24,236 nt of DNA, from the NCBI RefSeq assembly GCF_006345805.1, contig NW_021836405.1, positions 1 to 24,236 of the forward strand. Reading direction: 5' to 3'. Shown piece after piece: positions 10,474-22,730 of this stretch. The stretch is from Octopus sinensis. Lineage: Eukaryota. The notes beneath the pieces are model-generated. The model was not told the origin of the DNA. It ran no database searches and saw only the letters and a list, made by a program, of their open reading frames with translations. The translations under genes and the position numbers were made by a program. Each line of letters starts with the position of its first letter. The stretch's first letter is position 1.

Positions 10474-11178
10474 CGTCAGAAATTAAATACGTGTTATCCA
10501 CTTATCTGAATATTCTATTGCCTCATATAAGTTTTTTGTCTCACCTTCCAGCTGCGATCCGATAAACATACTGAATGAAGTACCCTGTTGTAATAATTCT
10601 CTATTTTTTTTAAAACGAAAGTGGCAGTATTTTCTCTTGGTGTATATGATTGGCTGCAATTCTTTAATATCCGGAAAACAAATCCATTTTCCACCTATTC
10701 ACCATTCCTACAAGTCAAATGTTTTTATCGATTATTGGGATGGCGATATCTGCTCAAAGACACGACCTCATCTCTCTAGTTACTAAAATGCAAACCCGAC
10801 GAATTTCCCTCCTTTCCCAGAATATATTTCAGTTGGTTGTAAAGTATGCTTGTTTTCACTGATGACAAAACTATGATCAGAGCGTTCCGGTCGTGATCAT
10901 CCCGTCGCTTTACTTACTTCACAATGTGTGTTGTGTTCTTTCCTTGGTAAGACGATAGGGTGTGAGACAATGAATATCATTGTCTCAAATGCTTACGATA
11001 GGGCTGATGGCGCAAATGTAAAAGTAATGGGCATTCATTAGTCCTGAAACCTATATCTACAATCATTATTGTAATACATCACATGATGTGGATGTTAATT
11101 TTCATAGATCTTTCCGAAATATAAGTCCGACCTTTCTATCAAGATGAAGCATCAATTTATTAAACGACATCTAGGACT
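10474..11178. pseudogene. Short subfamily, copy 2, with a ~225 bp internal deletion
   Basis: Jumps from ttcctacaagtcaa to tgtttttatcgatt, skipping ~3620-3845 of copy 1. Confidence 0.3.
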
Positions 11179-11679
11179 GAATTATTCTGCAACTTGCAGA
11201 AGAATGAAAGTGATATTCTACGTGGTTTACTCTGCATGTGTGTTTAGTATATTGTAACTTTCATGTACATGGGTTATCTCAAGTACAACATACCCTCGAA
11301 TATTTAGGGGCGTCCAGTTCACCCTGTGTAACTTGCCGAAGGACTCACACAGCAGATGCAGGTACTAGAGGGTAAAGACGGTACTAATTCTCTAAGTTGT
11401 TCACTTGAGCATCCGCATACCAATTTATTATTATTCCATATACACAAAACACTTTAGATTGTCTGAATACGTTTGTGTGTATATATATATATACTAATGT
11501 ATATGTGGGCGTCTATGAGCATGTGTGTGTGTGAGTACATGCACAAGTGTACGGCGTTCAAAATACTCACACAGACACACACACACGCAGATACACACAC
11601 ACACATTTATATATATATATATATATTCATACGCATTCAGAGATCAACACACACATATAAAAAGTGTATTCGTTTCTTT

Positions 11680-12168
11680 AATTATTTTACTTGTTTAAGT
11701 CATTTGACTGCGTCCTTGCTGGAGTTCCACCTAAAAAGCCTTTAAGCCGAAGAACCGAAAGTTTACCACTGGGCTTATTCTTGGTAAGCCTGGTACTTAT
11801 TTTATTGATCGCTTTTGCCGAACAGCTATGTTAAAGCGGGCGTAAAAGACCTGCTGTCAAACTATGAACGCGTAACCAACATAGTCACACAGACACACAC
11901 GCACACAGGTAAACACACACACACACACTCATACATACACACACACGCGCGCGCGCCACACATACACTCACAGACACACTCACACACACATATGTATATA
12001 TATATATATATAACGGATTTCCTTCGGGTCCGTCTACTAAACCCACTCACAAGTCTTTGCTCGGCCCGAGGTTATAGTAGAAGACACTTTCCCAGGTTGC
12101 CAAGCAGGGAAACTACACCTGGATCTATGTGCTTGCGGAGCAAGTTCCTTACCAAATAGCCACCCCTA
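11680..12168 (-). mobile_element. SINE family 1
   Basis: Tail at 11680-11850 and head at 12016-12168. Confidence 0.7.
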
Positions 12169-12725
12169 TGCATGTGTGTTTATGTAGAAGTCTATAAACA
12201 GGATGAACAGGACAATCAAATGTTTAACTAATATTTCTTACGTGCGTGTAACAACGTTATGGTTGCTTGGAACCAAATGCTCACCGACAAATGACTGTCA
12301 GGAACAACGTTATTCTATTAAGTTGCATAGTTATAGAAAGATAGAAAGAAGAAAAAATAAATCATATATTTGTGTGTGTGTATATATAAATAAATTTTAA
12401 ATTTTAAAAGAAATGTAACAAAAATTGATTTATCTATTCGCATTCTGAGTTCCTTTCCTGTCGAATTCCCCTTTGCCTTTCATTTCTCAGAGGTGCTGAA
12501 TTGCAATTAGTCGACTGTCCACCTCCCCCACAAAACACAACCCCTGGCATTCTACCTAACCCAGAAACCACTTTATAAGCGGCAATCTAGGATTTTAGGA
12601 CGAAGAATTTCTACGCGGGGTCATATGTAATCATGTATGGTTATATAAAATGCATGAGGATATATATACATACACAAACACGCAAAAATATGTGTGTGTA
12701 TGAGTGTGTGTATGTATGTTAGTTC

Positions 12726-12783
<58 letters not shown>

Positions 12784-13543
12784 GTATATATGAATGTATA
12801 TGTGAGCGTGTGTCTACATGTGTGTGTGTGAATACATGCACATGTGTACGAGGCAAAACATTCACACACATACATATATATAGGTATATAAATACATATG
12901 TATATATTCATACGCATTTATATATATATACACAGACATGCGCACACACATATATAAATGTGTATTCTTTTTCTTTAATTCTTTTACGTGTTGAAGTCAT
13001 TTGCCCGCGGCCATGCTGGAGTGCCATATCAAAAGCCATTAGGCCCAATAAATTGACATCAGAGCTTATTCTTTGTAAGCCAAGTACTTATTTTATTATC
13101 CGCTTTTGCCGAACCGCAATGTTAAGGAGGGGCCTTAAAAAACCTGCTGTCGAATATGAATGGGTAACAAATATAGTCGCAAAGACAGAAACACACATAC
13201 ACAAACAAACAAACTCACACACACACACACAAACACACATATGCTTCAATATATACAGATTTATATAGAACGCACTTCTTTCGGTTTCCGTCTACCAAAT
13301 CCACTCGTAAGGCTTTGGTCGGTCTGAGGTTATAGTAGAAGACACTTTCCCAAATTGCCATGCAGTGAAACTGAACCTGGAACTATCTGCTTGTGAAGCA
13401 TGTTTCTTACCACTCAGCCACGCCTATGCATATGTGTTTATGTAGAAGTCTATATATAGGATGAACAGGACAAAGAAATGTTTGAATAATAATTCTGACG
13501 TGAGTGTAACAACGTTATGTTTGCTTGGAACAAAATGCTCACC
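12016..13543 (+). repeat. Segmental duplication block C, copy 2
   Basis: Colinear with 4307-5840. Confidence 0.93.
12968..13426 (-). mobile_element. SINE family 1
   Basis: Paralogue of 5267-5722. Confidence 0.75.
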
Positions 13544-13654
13544 GACAAATGACAACGTTATTCTATTAAGTTGCATAGTGAGAGACAGATAGAGGGAGAG
13601 GAAAAAATAAATCATATATACGTGTGTGTGTGTAGATACAAATGTTAAATCTTA

Positions 13655-14584
13655 AAAGAAAAGTAACAAAAATTGATTTACCTTTATAGAGCCGGCCCCA
13701 AATATGACTTCGGTTTGAATTTTTGACAGAAATTAAATCAATTTTATCCACTTATCTAAATATTCTATTTTTGTCCCACGTTCCAGGTGCTATCCGAAAA
13801 GCATACTGAATGAAATACCCTGTTGTAATAATTCTCTAATTATTTTTAAAACGAGAGTGGCAGTATTTTTTCTTGATGTATGTGATTGGCTGTGAAATTC
13901 TTTAATATCCGGAAAATAAATCCATTTTCCAGCTATTCACCATTCCCATCACTGCACGTCGAGTGTTGAAATGGTCGCTGTGCAACATAAGATGAATTGT
14001 TCTGCGCACAAAACACCACTCGTCCCAGGATCTGAAATCACGACCTTAATCACGATTTCATGTCCTCGACTTCTATTATATTACCAAAACTTTTTTTCAT
14101 ATGTCCTGACAACACCCACAGAATATTCTTATCTACTTGTCGCTTTTCTAAAACAAACGCCATTGTTTTTACCGATTATTGGGATGGCGATATCTGCTCA
14201 AAAATATGACCTCATCGCTCTAGTTACTAAAATGGAAACCCGGCCAATTTTCCTCGTTTCGCAGAATATATTTCAGTTATTTGTAAAGAATGCTTGTTGT
14301 TCAATGATGACAAGACTATGATCAGAGGCGTTTCGGTCATGATCATCCCGTCGATTTACTTACATCGCAATGTGTGTTGTGTTCTTTCCGTGGTTAAGAT
14401 GGTAGGGTGTGAGACAATGGAATATCATTGACTCAAATGCTTACGATAGGGCTGATAGCGCAAACGTTCAAGTAATGGACAATCATTAGTCCTGAAACCT
14501 ACACCTGCAATCATTATTGTAATACATCACATGATGTGGATGTTAATTTTCATAGATCTCTCCGAAATATAAGTCCGACCTTAC
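13655..14584. pseudogene. Short subfamily, copy 3, truncated by LINE fragments at 14585
   Basis: Contains the 116-aa + strand ORF at 13971-14321; its 5' flank is homologous to the long-subfamily flank (aaaattgatttac...aaatatgacttc.gttt.aattttt.acagaaatta). Confidence 0.3.
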
Positions 14585-14593
14585 AATTAATTT

Positions 14594-15810
14594 TTGCTTA
14601 GAAACTCTGTCTCCCTTTTCAGCTTCCTTTCAGCAACCATAACCATGTCTCAATATTACTATTTCCTGCAACTATCTTTGCAATCGACATTGCCATACAT
14701 TCTCTTGTCAGTTAGATTATCTTCCTACTTTTTTTATTGTTTTAATTTCATTTGGCTTTTTCCTTTCCTATCTCCTACTATAACTCAGGCAAATCATAAA
14801 TTTTATTCATTATTATATATATCAACTCTAGCTAACACTACCCTAATTTGCTGATATTAAACCGCTTCCACCTTCGTTATTCTAAGTAAGTGCAATCTTG
14901 CTCTTCCTAATCGAGGCTGAAGTCCTCTATTCATATTGAATTCCTTCCTAGTTCTTCTGTCTAGATTTGCTAATTCAGATCTTTTCCAATCAACAAATTC
15001 TGCTGAATACCGAAGTAACGACACTACCCAAGTTTTTACAACCTTTACTAGATTTAGAACCCTTCGCTTTCCTTCATTAGCTTCTTCAACCTTCCGATGT
15101 ACTCCTTAGCTATTTTTGTTTTCATTTCCATTGTTAGTACACTCTCAGATTCTAATACTCCGAAGCACTTATGATTCTCTGCCTTCAGTGATATTACTTT
15201 CTTGCTATCTGGCCTTCACTGCTGACTCCCTTTTCTGTGTGAATTCATGTTAAAAGTCTCTACATTGGGAATTTGCCTGGTTTTAGTCTATTTTGGATTT
15301 TATGTAGTTAGTTATGAATGCCTGATCGTGTGCGGTTGCTTACAAACACTGTCTCCCTTTTCATTTTCCGTTCTGAAACCATATTTGTCTGTAAGTGTCC
15401 CTTGGCTATTCTTTCTGTACCCTTTCAGTTCCACTGGTGCTTTGTAATTTATTTCCAGGAAATCATACACCTAATTAGATATTATTCCTGTCATCAGCTT
15501 CCACATGAGGGGCAGACAGGTGATAGGCCGGTGATTATCCACTGCATTGCTTTGTTGGGATTATTTTGGCAAAGAATTGTTTGACTTTTGGTCAGCCTCT
15601 TTGGGATTTGTACCCCGTTGTTGATCATTTTATATATTTGCTTGGCTATTCTTCTGTGTACTGCTGGGGAAATTTTCAGCCAATATCCTTGTACGCTATC
15701 CGGTCCTGGGTATTTCCAGTTTGGCGATTTAATCACTCTGGCCCACATTGGTAGTCAAATATACAATGAGGCGACAGGTGTTTATACATCTGCTTTTACT
15801 CGTCCTTAAT
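14594..15810 (-). mobile_element. Degenerate, internally deleted and rearranged R4/Dong-like LINE ORF fragments
   Basis: Minus-strand peptides: NWKYPGPDSVQGYWLK and RPITCLPLMWKLMTGIISN (RT N-terminus, ~15400-15760); KRET..AHDQAFITNYIKSKID..SQCR (~15245-15390); HKCFGVLE..MKTKIAKEYIGRLKKL, NLVKVVKTWVVSLLRYSAEFVDWKRSELANLDRRTRK, EGGSGLIS, KRMYG and LKRETEFL (~14594-15240). These match R4/Dong-clade motifs as I recall them. No RT core YxDD is visible. Confidence 0.8.
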
Positions 15811-17249
15811 TACTAAACAATACTCTCCTCTCTCTCTCTTTCTCTCTCTCTCCTCTAATAACTTAATTAAATTTAACTCTCTATAATTATCTACGATGAC
15901 TATGCGAGAATTTGTATGTGGGTGTGTCTGTGCGTAGAAACAGACATTTATCTGTCCATTTCTAAACTCATACGTATGGATGTGTATGTATGGCCGCGTA
16001 AGTGTGTGTATCTGACTGTGTGTATATCAATAGGAATATGCCACTGCATATGTGTCTGTGTGTGTGTCTGTGTGTGTTTGCATATGTTAGTGCGTGTGTG
16101 TATGTGTATGTCTCTCTCTGTATGTATGTGTGTGTATACATGCATCCTTTAACCCCCAAGTCAAACACCCCTTCACTATATAGACTAATCTCTATATACT
16201 CCTATATTTCTCATTCGCCCAATAATAGACTCTTCCAAGGCCTTCCAAATCTGATTCACTTTCTATTCAAAGATGCAACTGTTAATTTCCATTATCCTTT
16301 GCCAGGGACTTTCCTGGAAACTTTACTAACTCTTCGATCACGAAAATACCAGACACATTTATCTGAGAACTCCATGGTTTCCCAAAAGACTGGTAACGAA
16401 TAATATCCTCGATTAAGGATATTATGCATTTCTGCATTTTCTTTTTTCTGTGCATATTTGTAACCACTCTGCACAGTTCTTTTATTTGTTTCAGCCATTT
16501 CACTGCAGCCATGCTGGAGCAATGCCTTTTTCACCGAACTTATTATTTATAAGACTTGTACTTATTCTATGAGTCTCCTTTGCTGAACCACTAATTTACA
16601 TGGACGTAAACTCACCAACATCGGTTGTAAAGCGATGGTGGTGGACAGACACAGACACAAAAACTCACACACACACACACACACACACACAATACTTATA
16701 TTATAAATTATAAAATGAATGTTCTTGAAAAAGGCTAAATGTTTTTCTTGCTCCTAATCTGTTATAATTTATGTCCCTCCGCTCAATGATCAACCACACC
16801 TTAAACCCATGATACCCAATTTCTGCACCACATTTTTCCGTTCAAGCCGGTGTTTTAGTGGTAAACGAAACTGAGCAGTCACACTACATACAACCTTTTA
16901 CATGATTTTCTTTTGTATCAACGCTAAGGTATAATATATACTTTTATGTGGCTTTGGGGAGTGGCATGAACGGATTTCTTCTATTTGTATGTATTTCAAT
17001 TTCTCGTGTAACGAACAATTCCTTTAACGAGCATTATGTGTATATATAGAGATTCCACTGGTTTGAGAAGTTTTGAGTCGAACTAATTGACCTCTGTACT
17101 TAATTTTTTAAGCCTTGTACTTATTTTATTGGAGTATATTGGTGAACCGCTAAGTTACCGGAACGTAAACACACCAACACAGGTCATCAAGCGGTGGGAC
17201 AAACACTGACACAAAGACACACACTGATACATACAGACAGACATATATA

Positions 17250-17620
17250 GACATAGAAGTGGCCGTAGAGTATGAAACACATGGTTCCGTGTTCAGTCCC
17301 GTTGCGAGACATTTTGGCTGAGTGTCTTCTACTATAGCCAAGGGCCGACCATAGTCTTGTGAGTGGATTTCATAGATGGAAACTCAAATAAGCCCGTCGT
17401 ATGTTGTGTGTGTATTTGTGTGTTTCTATATTGTCCCTCCACCATCATTTGACAACCGATGTTGGTGTGCTTACGTCCCTGTAACATAGCGGTTCTGGAA
17501 AAAAACTGATAGAATAAGTACTAGGATTACAAAGGTTAAGTCCTAGGGTCGATTTGTTCGACTAAAGGCGGAGCTCCAACATGGCCGCAGTCAAATGACT
17601 GAAACAAGTAAAAGAATAGT
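17250..17620 (+). mobile_element. SINE family 1 (block A copy 2)
   Basis: Paralogue of 2227-2591. Confidence 0.75.
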
Positions 17621-17627
17621 CACGATA

Positions 17628-17780
17628 GGCTTCTTTCCGTTTCCATCTACCAAATCCACATATCAAGATTTTGAGAGTCCAATGGCTACAGTAGAAGACA
17701 TTTATGTAGCGTGCCACGCAGTGGAACTGAACCCGAATCCAAATTTGGAAGCAAGCGTCTTACCACACAGCCGCGCCTAA
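17628..17780 (-). mobile_element. SINE family 1 head (block A copy 2)
   Basis: Paralogue of 2599-2750. Confidence 0.75.
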
Positions 17781-18219
17781 ACATGCCCCCCTACACAGAT
17801 TCAATCCAAGGAAACACGCATAAAGATGAAACACTCTCCAAGCCGTTCACTTTATAATTTGTTAAAACCATTAACATGGTGTCCATTAGTGAGTGATGCT
17901 GTGTTTTGTTTTATTTCTCCTACACATTGATTCCAAATTTTGGCACAACACCAGCAATTTCAGGGGAGGAGTAAGTTGATTACATCGACCCCAGTATATA
18001 ACTGATATTCATTTCATCGACCCCGAAAGGATAAAAGGCAAAGACAACCTCGGCGGAATATTTCTACTTAATATTTAATATTATTACGGTCATGCATTTT
18101 TGAAATTGGGTGTTAAAACAGAAATACTTCTATTTGGAGATGGTCGTCTGTTGCCAATGAAACACGCGCAATATATATTTGATATTCACTTTATTGTTGT
18201 TGTTGTTGTTGTTGTTGGT

Positions 18220-18560
18220 ACACCGGGCGAAACGTTTAGAAGTATTTCGTCTGCGGTTACGTTCTGAGTTCAAATTCCACCGAGTCCAAATTCCACCGAG
18301 GTCGATATTGCCTTTCATCCTTTTGTAGTCGATTAAATAAGTACCAGTTACGCACTGGAGGCGATATAGTCGACTGAATCAGCGTGTCTGTCCTTGTTTG
18401 TCCTCTCTGTGTTTAGCCCCTTGTGGGTAGTAAAGAGATAAGTATTTCGTCTCTCACTACATTCTGAGTTCAAATTCCGCTTAGATCGACTTTGCCCTTC
18501 ATCCTTTCGGGAACGATAAATTAAGTACCAGTTACACACTGGTATCGATGTAATGGACTT
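18220..18560 (+). mobile_element. Two tandem SINE family 2 copies
   Basis: Two successive ttctgagttcaaattcc...ttgcc.ttcatcc...aagtaccagttac cores. Confidence 0.75.
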
Positions 18561-18587
18561 GTCCTTGTGCTTCCAGTAGACAGGATA

Positions 18588-18632
<45 letters not shown>

Positions 18633-18633
18633 T

Positions 18634-18850
18634 GAGGTTTAGCTGGCAGAATCGTTAGCACGCCGGGCAAAATGCTTGGTAGTATTTCATCCATCATTAG
18701 TTTCTGAGTTCAAATCCCCCGAGGTCAACTTCACATTTCAACATTTCGAGGTCTATAAATTAAATACCAGTTGAGTACTAGGGGCTATGTAATCGACTAT
18801 CTCCCCCCATCCAAGAATATGTGAGGCTTTGTGCTTATAGTCGGAACGAC
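18634..18850 (+). mobile_element. SINE family 2
   Basis: Paralogue of 6891-7105. Confidence 0.8.
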
Positions 18851-18858
18851 TATTATTA

Positions 18859-18901
<43 letters not shown>

Positions 18902-19187
18902 CATTATTATCATTATTATTATTATTACTATTATATAAATTCTTTCGTCTCACTTACTATGATCTCCCCAGCGACTCTCTGCTACGCCTTTTTCTTCTTA
19001 TCCTGCTTATTCTGTATTAAAATTTATATTAAATGTCTACTTTTCTACTGTTTGTCAAGTGGTTTGTTTATCAAATAATTTATACTCGGAACAATTGTAC
19101 AAACGGAATTTCCCACTTGGTGCAGCTACATATTTTAGTAATTGTTTGAATGAATACACGCACATACACAACTCACTTATATGTTTG

Positions 19188-19480
<293 letters not shown>

Positions 19481-19624
19481 TTTAGTGGGGGGCAACCAGA
19501 TCGAACCTTCCCAAGTGTTACTGCCCGAGATGGTCGTGACTTGTGGGACTTGACTGGGGAAAGAGAGCGTTATTTTTTTTACCATTTATATAAGTATGTA
19601 TGTGTGTGTGTGTGTGTGTGTGTA

Positions 19625-19656
<32 letters not shown>

Positions 19657-19842
19657 TGTGTGAGTATGTGTGTGTGTGTGTGTTTCAATCTATGTATTGA
19701 AGTTTCTGTTTGTTTATCTGTCTAATTATTTTTCGAATTGTCTCTCTCTCTCTTTCTCTCTTTCTTTCTTTTTTCTTTCCCTCTCTCTCTGTTCCACACT
19801 TTCATTTTCTCTCTCTTTTTCTCTCTTTCTGACTTTCTCTCT

Positions 19843-19880
<38 letters not shown>

Positions 19881-20004
19881 AATGCTATTTTTAGTATGCT
19901 GGTGCTGCTTGTAGGAACTTTAATCATTAATAAATGATGCCTTACCTTATGGCATTTTTTTACGCGTGCTTGCCACTTGATATTATTATAAGCAATAATA
20001 TCCT

Positions 20005-20120
20005 TATATATACATATATATATAGATATATATACATATATACATATATATAATATATATATATATAATATATATAATATATATATATATACATATACAT
20101 ACATATATAATATTATATAA

Positions 20121-20165
<45 letters not shown>
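20005..20165. repeat. (TA)n-rich microsatellite
   Basis: Seen directly. Confidence 0.95.
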
Positions 20166-20169
<4 letters not shown>

Positions 20170-20544
20170 TTATACACAGGTGTGTATGATTGTGTATAGG
20201 AGAATATATTACTGAAAGAAATTCCAACTTTGATTTTTATGATTTATTTACAATCCTATAATAATATATGATAAGATAAGATAACATAATGAAGCGATAG
20301 AATATCAAATATCCACTCTGATTGAACTAGTACTTTCATGCATTCTTCAAGTGTATAGAAAAAGTTATTGTCTGCATCATTCCAAAGAGAAATAAAGTCT
20401 CCATAAAGTGTAAAAGTTAGAAATAATTTGTATGGTGTTAGTAACAAAATATTTTGTTAGAAATAGGATTATTATCATCGGTCATAAATTTAATCTCGCC
20501 AGTGTAGATATGTGTGTGTATATATATCAATTTTAAATATTTAC

Positions 20545-21830
20545 AGGAAAGTAGCAAAAATTGATTTACATTTACAATGCCGGTTTCAAATATGACTTCA
20601 GTTTTAATTTTTTACAGAAATTAAATAGGGTTTATCCACTTATCTGAATATTCTATTACCTCATGAAAGTTTATTGTCTCATTCTGCGGCTTGTATCGGA
20701 TAAGAATTCTGACCGAAGTACACATTTGTTATGACCCGTTATGTGTTTTTTTAACGGCAGTGTCAGTACTTTGTGTCGATATATGTGATTCGCTGTACTT
20801 TAATATCCGGAAAATTAATCCATTTTCAAGAAATTCACCATTTCTACACGACGCAAATTAATATAAGATGAGGTGATTTGCTTAATAACTTAATACAATT
20901 CCCTTTACGTGAATTGAAACCGCGATCTCGCTATCGCGAATGTAACACCGTTAAGAGCATGGTCATTTGCCTTGGACACCAATTATATTATTTAACATGT
21001 TATATGACATAGGTGTAACAGCATCCCAGAAATCCTTCTTATCTACTAGGCGTTTTCCTGAAGCAACACCCACTGAATTTTCATGGAACCCCAAAATGAT
21101 CTGAGCGTTACTCCTAAGAGATGTCTCTTGTCAGCTAACGATATGGCGTTGTATCATGTAATGATAGAATGTCTGACGCAGAAAATTGCAGAGTTTGATG
21201 TGGTGATACAAAGTCTGAGACCGAGGCCAATTTTAGGTTCATATCTTTGTTTGATTGTTTTTGTTGTGTTTTACTTAGGGTGTTGTTGTCGACGTTGTTG
21301 TTTGCCCTGTTCGTAATTTTGCACAAAGGTATTCCAACTATAACCAACTAAATGTTTTTTTATTCCAACATTAGCAACCATGTCCTCCATTGTGTAAAAT
21401 AAGAGTGTGTGATTGGAAAGAGATTTCGCAGCTATTTCCAGATGTTTGACGGAAAACATTATAAACATATCTGCGTCACAAGCCAATGTTTCCTGATTGA
21501 GTAAAGCTATGATCAGAGGACATCCAGTCATCATCTTCCCATCCATTTAGTTATATAGCATTGTCTCCGGTCTCTAGGTGAGCAGGGTCGTCCTTGAATT
21601 CAATTGCTTAAGTACACATGCAACCAAAAACTCATAGGACACTTGTGTGTATACTACTAAATACATGCTTGTTTAACTCCTCAGATCTGAATACTTCGTC
21701 ACCTTTTCATCCCCGCAGGACTTTCGAATGAAAGAATAAGTTGTACAGTCAAAAAGTATAGAGCTTAAATTAAAAAGATAATATTAAACAAGAAGATTCA
21801 AGCAAAATAGTCGGCAATGCCTGTACACAA
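20545..21830. pseudogene. Unidentified duplicated sequence family, long subfamily, copy 2
   Basis: Block B paralogue of 8500-9780; KAMIRGHPVIIFPSI vs KAMIRGVSVMIIPSI in the short subfamily. Confidence 0.3.
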
Positions 21831-22134
21831 TGTCTGTACACAAATTTACAAATTGCTTTGCAGTGTTTCCGTTGTCTATTCGCGTTCTGAGTTCCTTTCC
21901 TGTCGAACTCCCTTTTGCCTTTCATTTCTCAGAGGTGCTAAAATCCAATTAGTTGACTGTCCCCTTCTCCCACAGAAACACAACCCTCCCCCCAACATAA
22001 CTGGACAACAGGATGTTCATTGAAGCGTTAATTGGCTGTGGCTGCAAATGAAATTAAAATGAATTTAAAATGCCTTACCATTCCGCCAATTCGACGCCAG
22101 CCAACTGACCATTCCAAATACGATAAACAAGTGC

Positions 22135-22308
22135 ATATACACACACATACATGTATACATACATACATACATGCATGCATACACAGGCGTATACACACAT
22201 GTATGCATACACACACACATACATACGTATATATATATGACGAACTAATTCTTATTTTCTCAGAGGCAGCTCAGATTTTTGTCAATGAAAAGCGACTATA
22301 TCTCCGTA

Positions 22309-22339
<31 letters not shown>

Positions 22340-22616
22340 ATATATATCTTTGATAATGATGAAGAAGAGAGAGAGAGAGATAGAGAGAGAGAGAGATAGA
22401 GAGAGAGAGACAGACAGATAGAGAGAGAGAGAGAGATAGAGAGATACGCAAATATATATATATATAAATGTATATATATATATTTGTGTGTGTGTGTATG
22501 TGCGCGTATATATGTGTGTGTATATATTTATATATATATATACATATATGGCTGCTATTTTTAGCAAGTTAAAATTACCTGTTAAAGGGTAATATTCTAT
22601 TTTGAAATATATAAAC

Positions 22617-22673
<57 letters not shown>

Positions 22674-22696
22674 CGTGTGTGTGCGTGTGTGTGTTC

Positions 22697-22728
<32 letters not shown>

Positions 22729-22730
22729 GT
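22135..22730. repeat. Cluster of (CA)/(TACA)/(TA)/(GA)/(GT) microsatellites with short unique islands
   Basis: Seen directly. Confidence 0.9.

Larger units (their letters stand above)
11470..13680 (+). repeat. Older ~1.26 kb tandem dimer (microsatellite + SINE + unique flank)
   Basis: SINE head plus the flank tatgcat.tgtttatgtagaagtctata...aaatgctcaccgacaaatgac recurs at ~12020 and ~13280 (also ~4310 and ~5572); 11470-12016 resembles 12790-13270. Confidence 0.8.
15223..18097 (+). repeat. Segmental duplication block A, copy 2
   Basis: Colinear with 1-3065; lacks ~1170-1250 and the SINE head at ~1485-1646 seen in copy 1. Confidence 0.95.

Noticed and set aside
13971-14584. Assignment to a GPCR or an octopus chemotactile / nAChR-like receptor
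   Set aside because: Only loose look-alikes were found (MAISAQKY vs the DRY region; WTPIILFN vs WxPD), with inconsistent spacing and frames; not supportable without a search
17595-17780. 61-aa ORF MTETSKRIV...
   Set aside because: It spans the junction of two SINE copies
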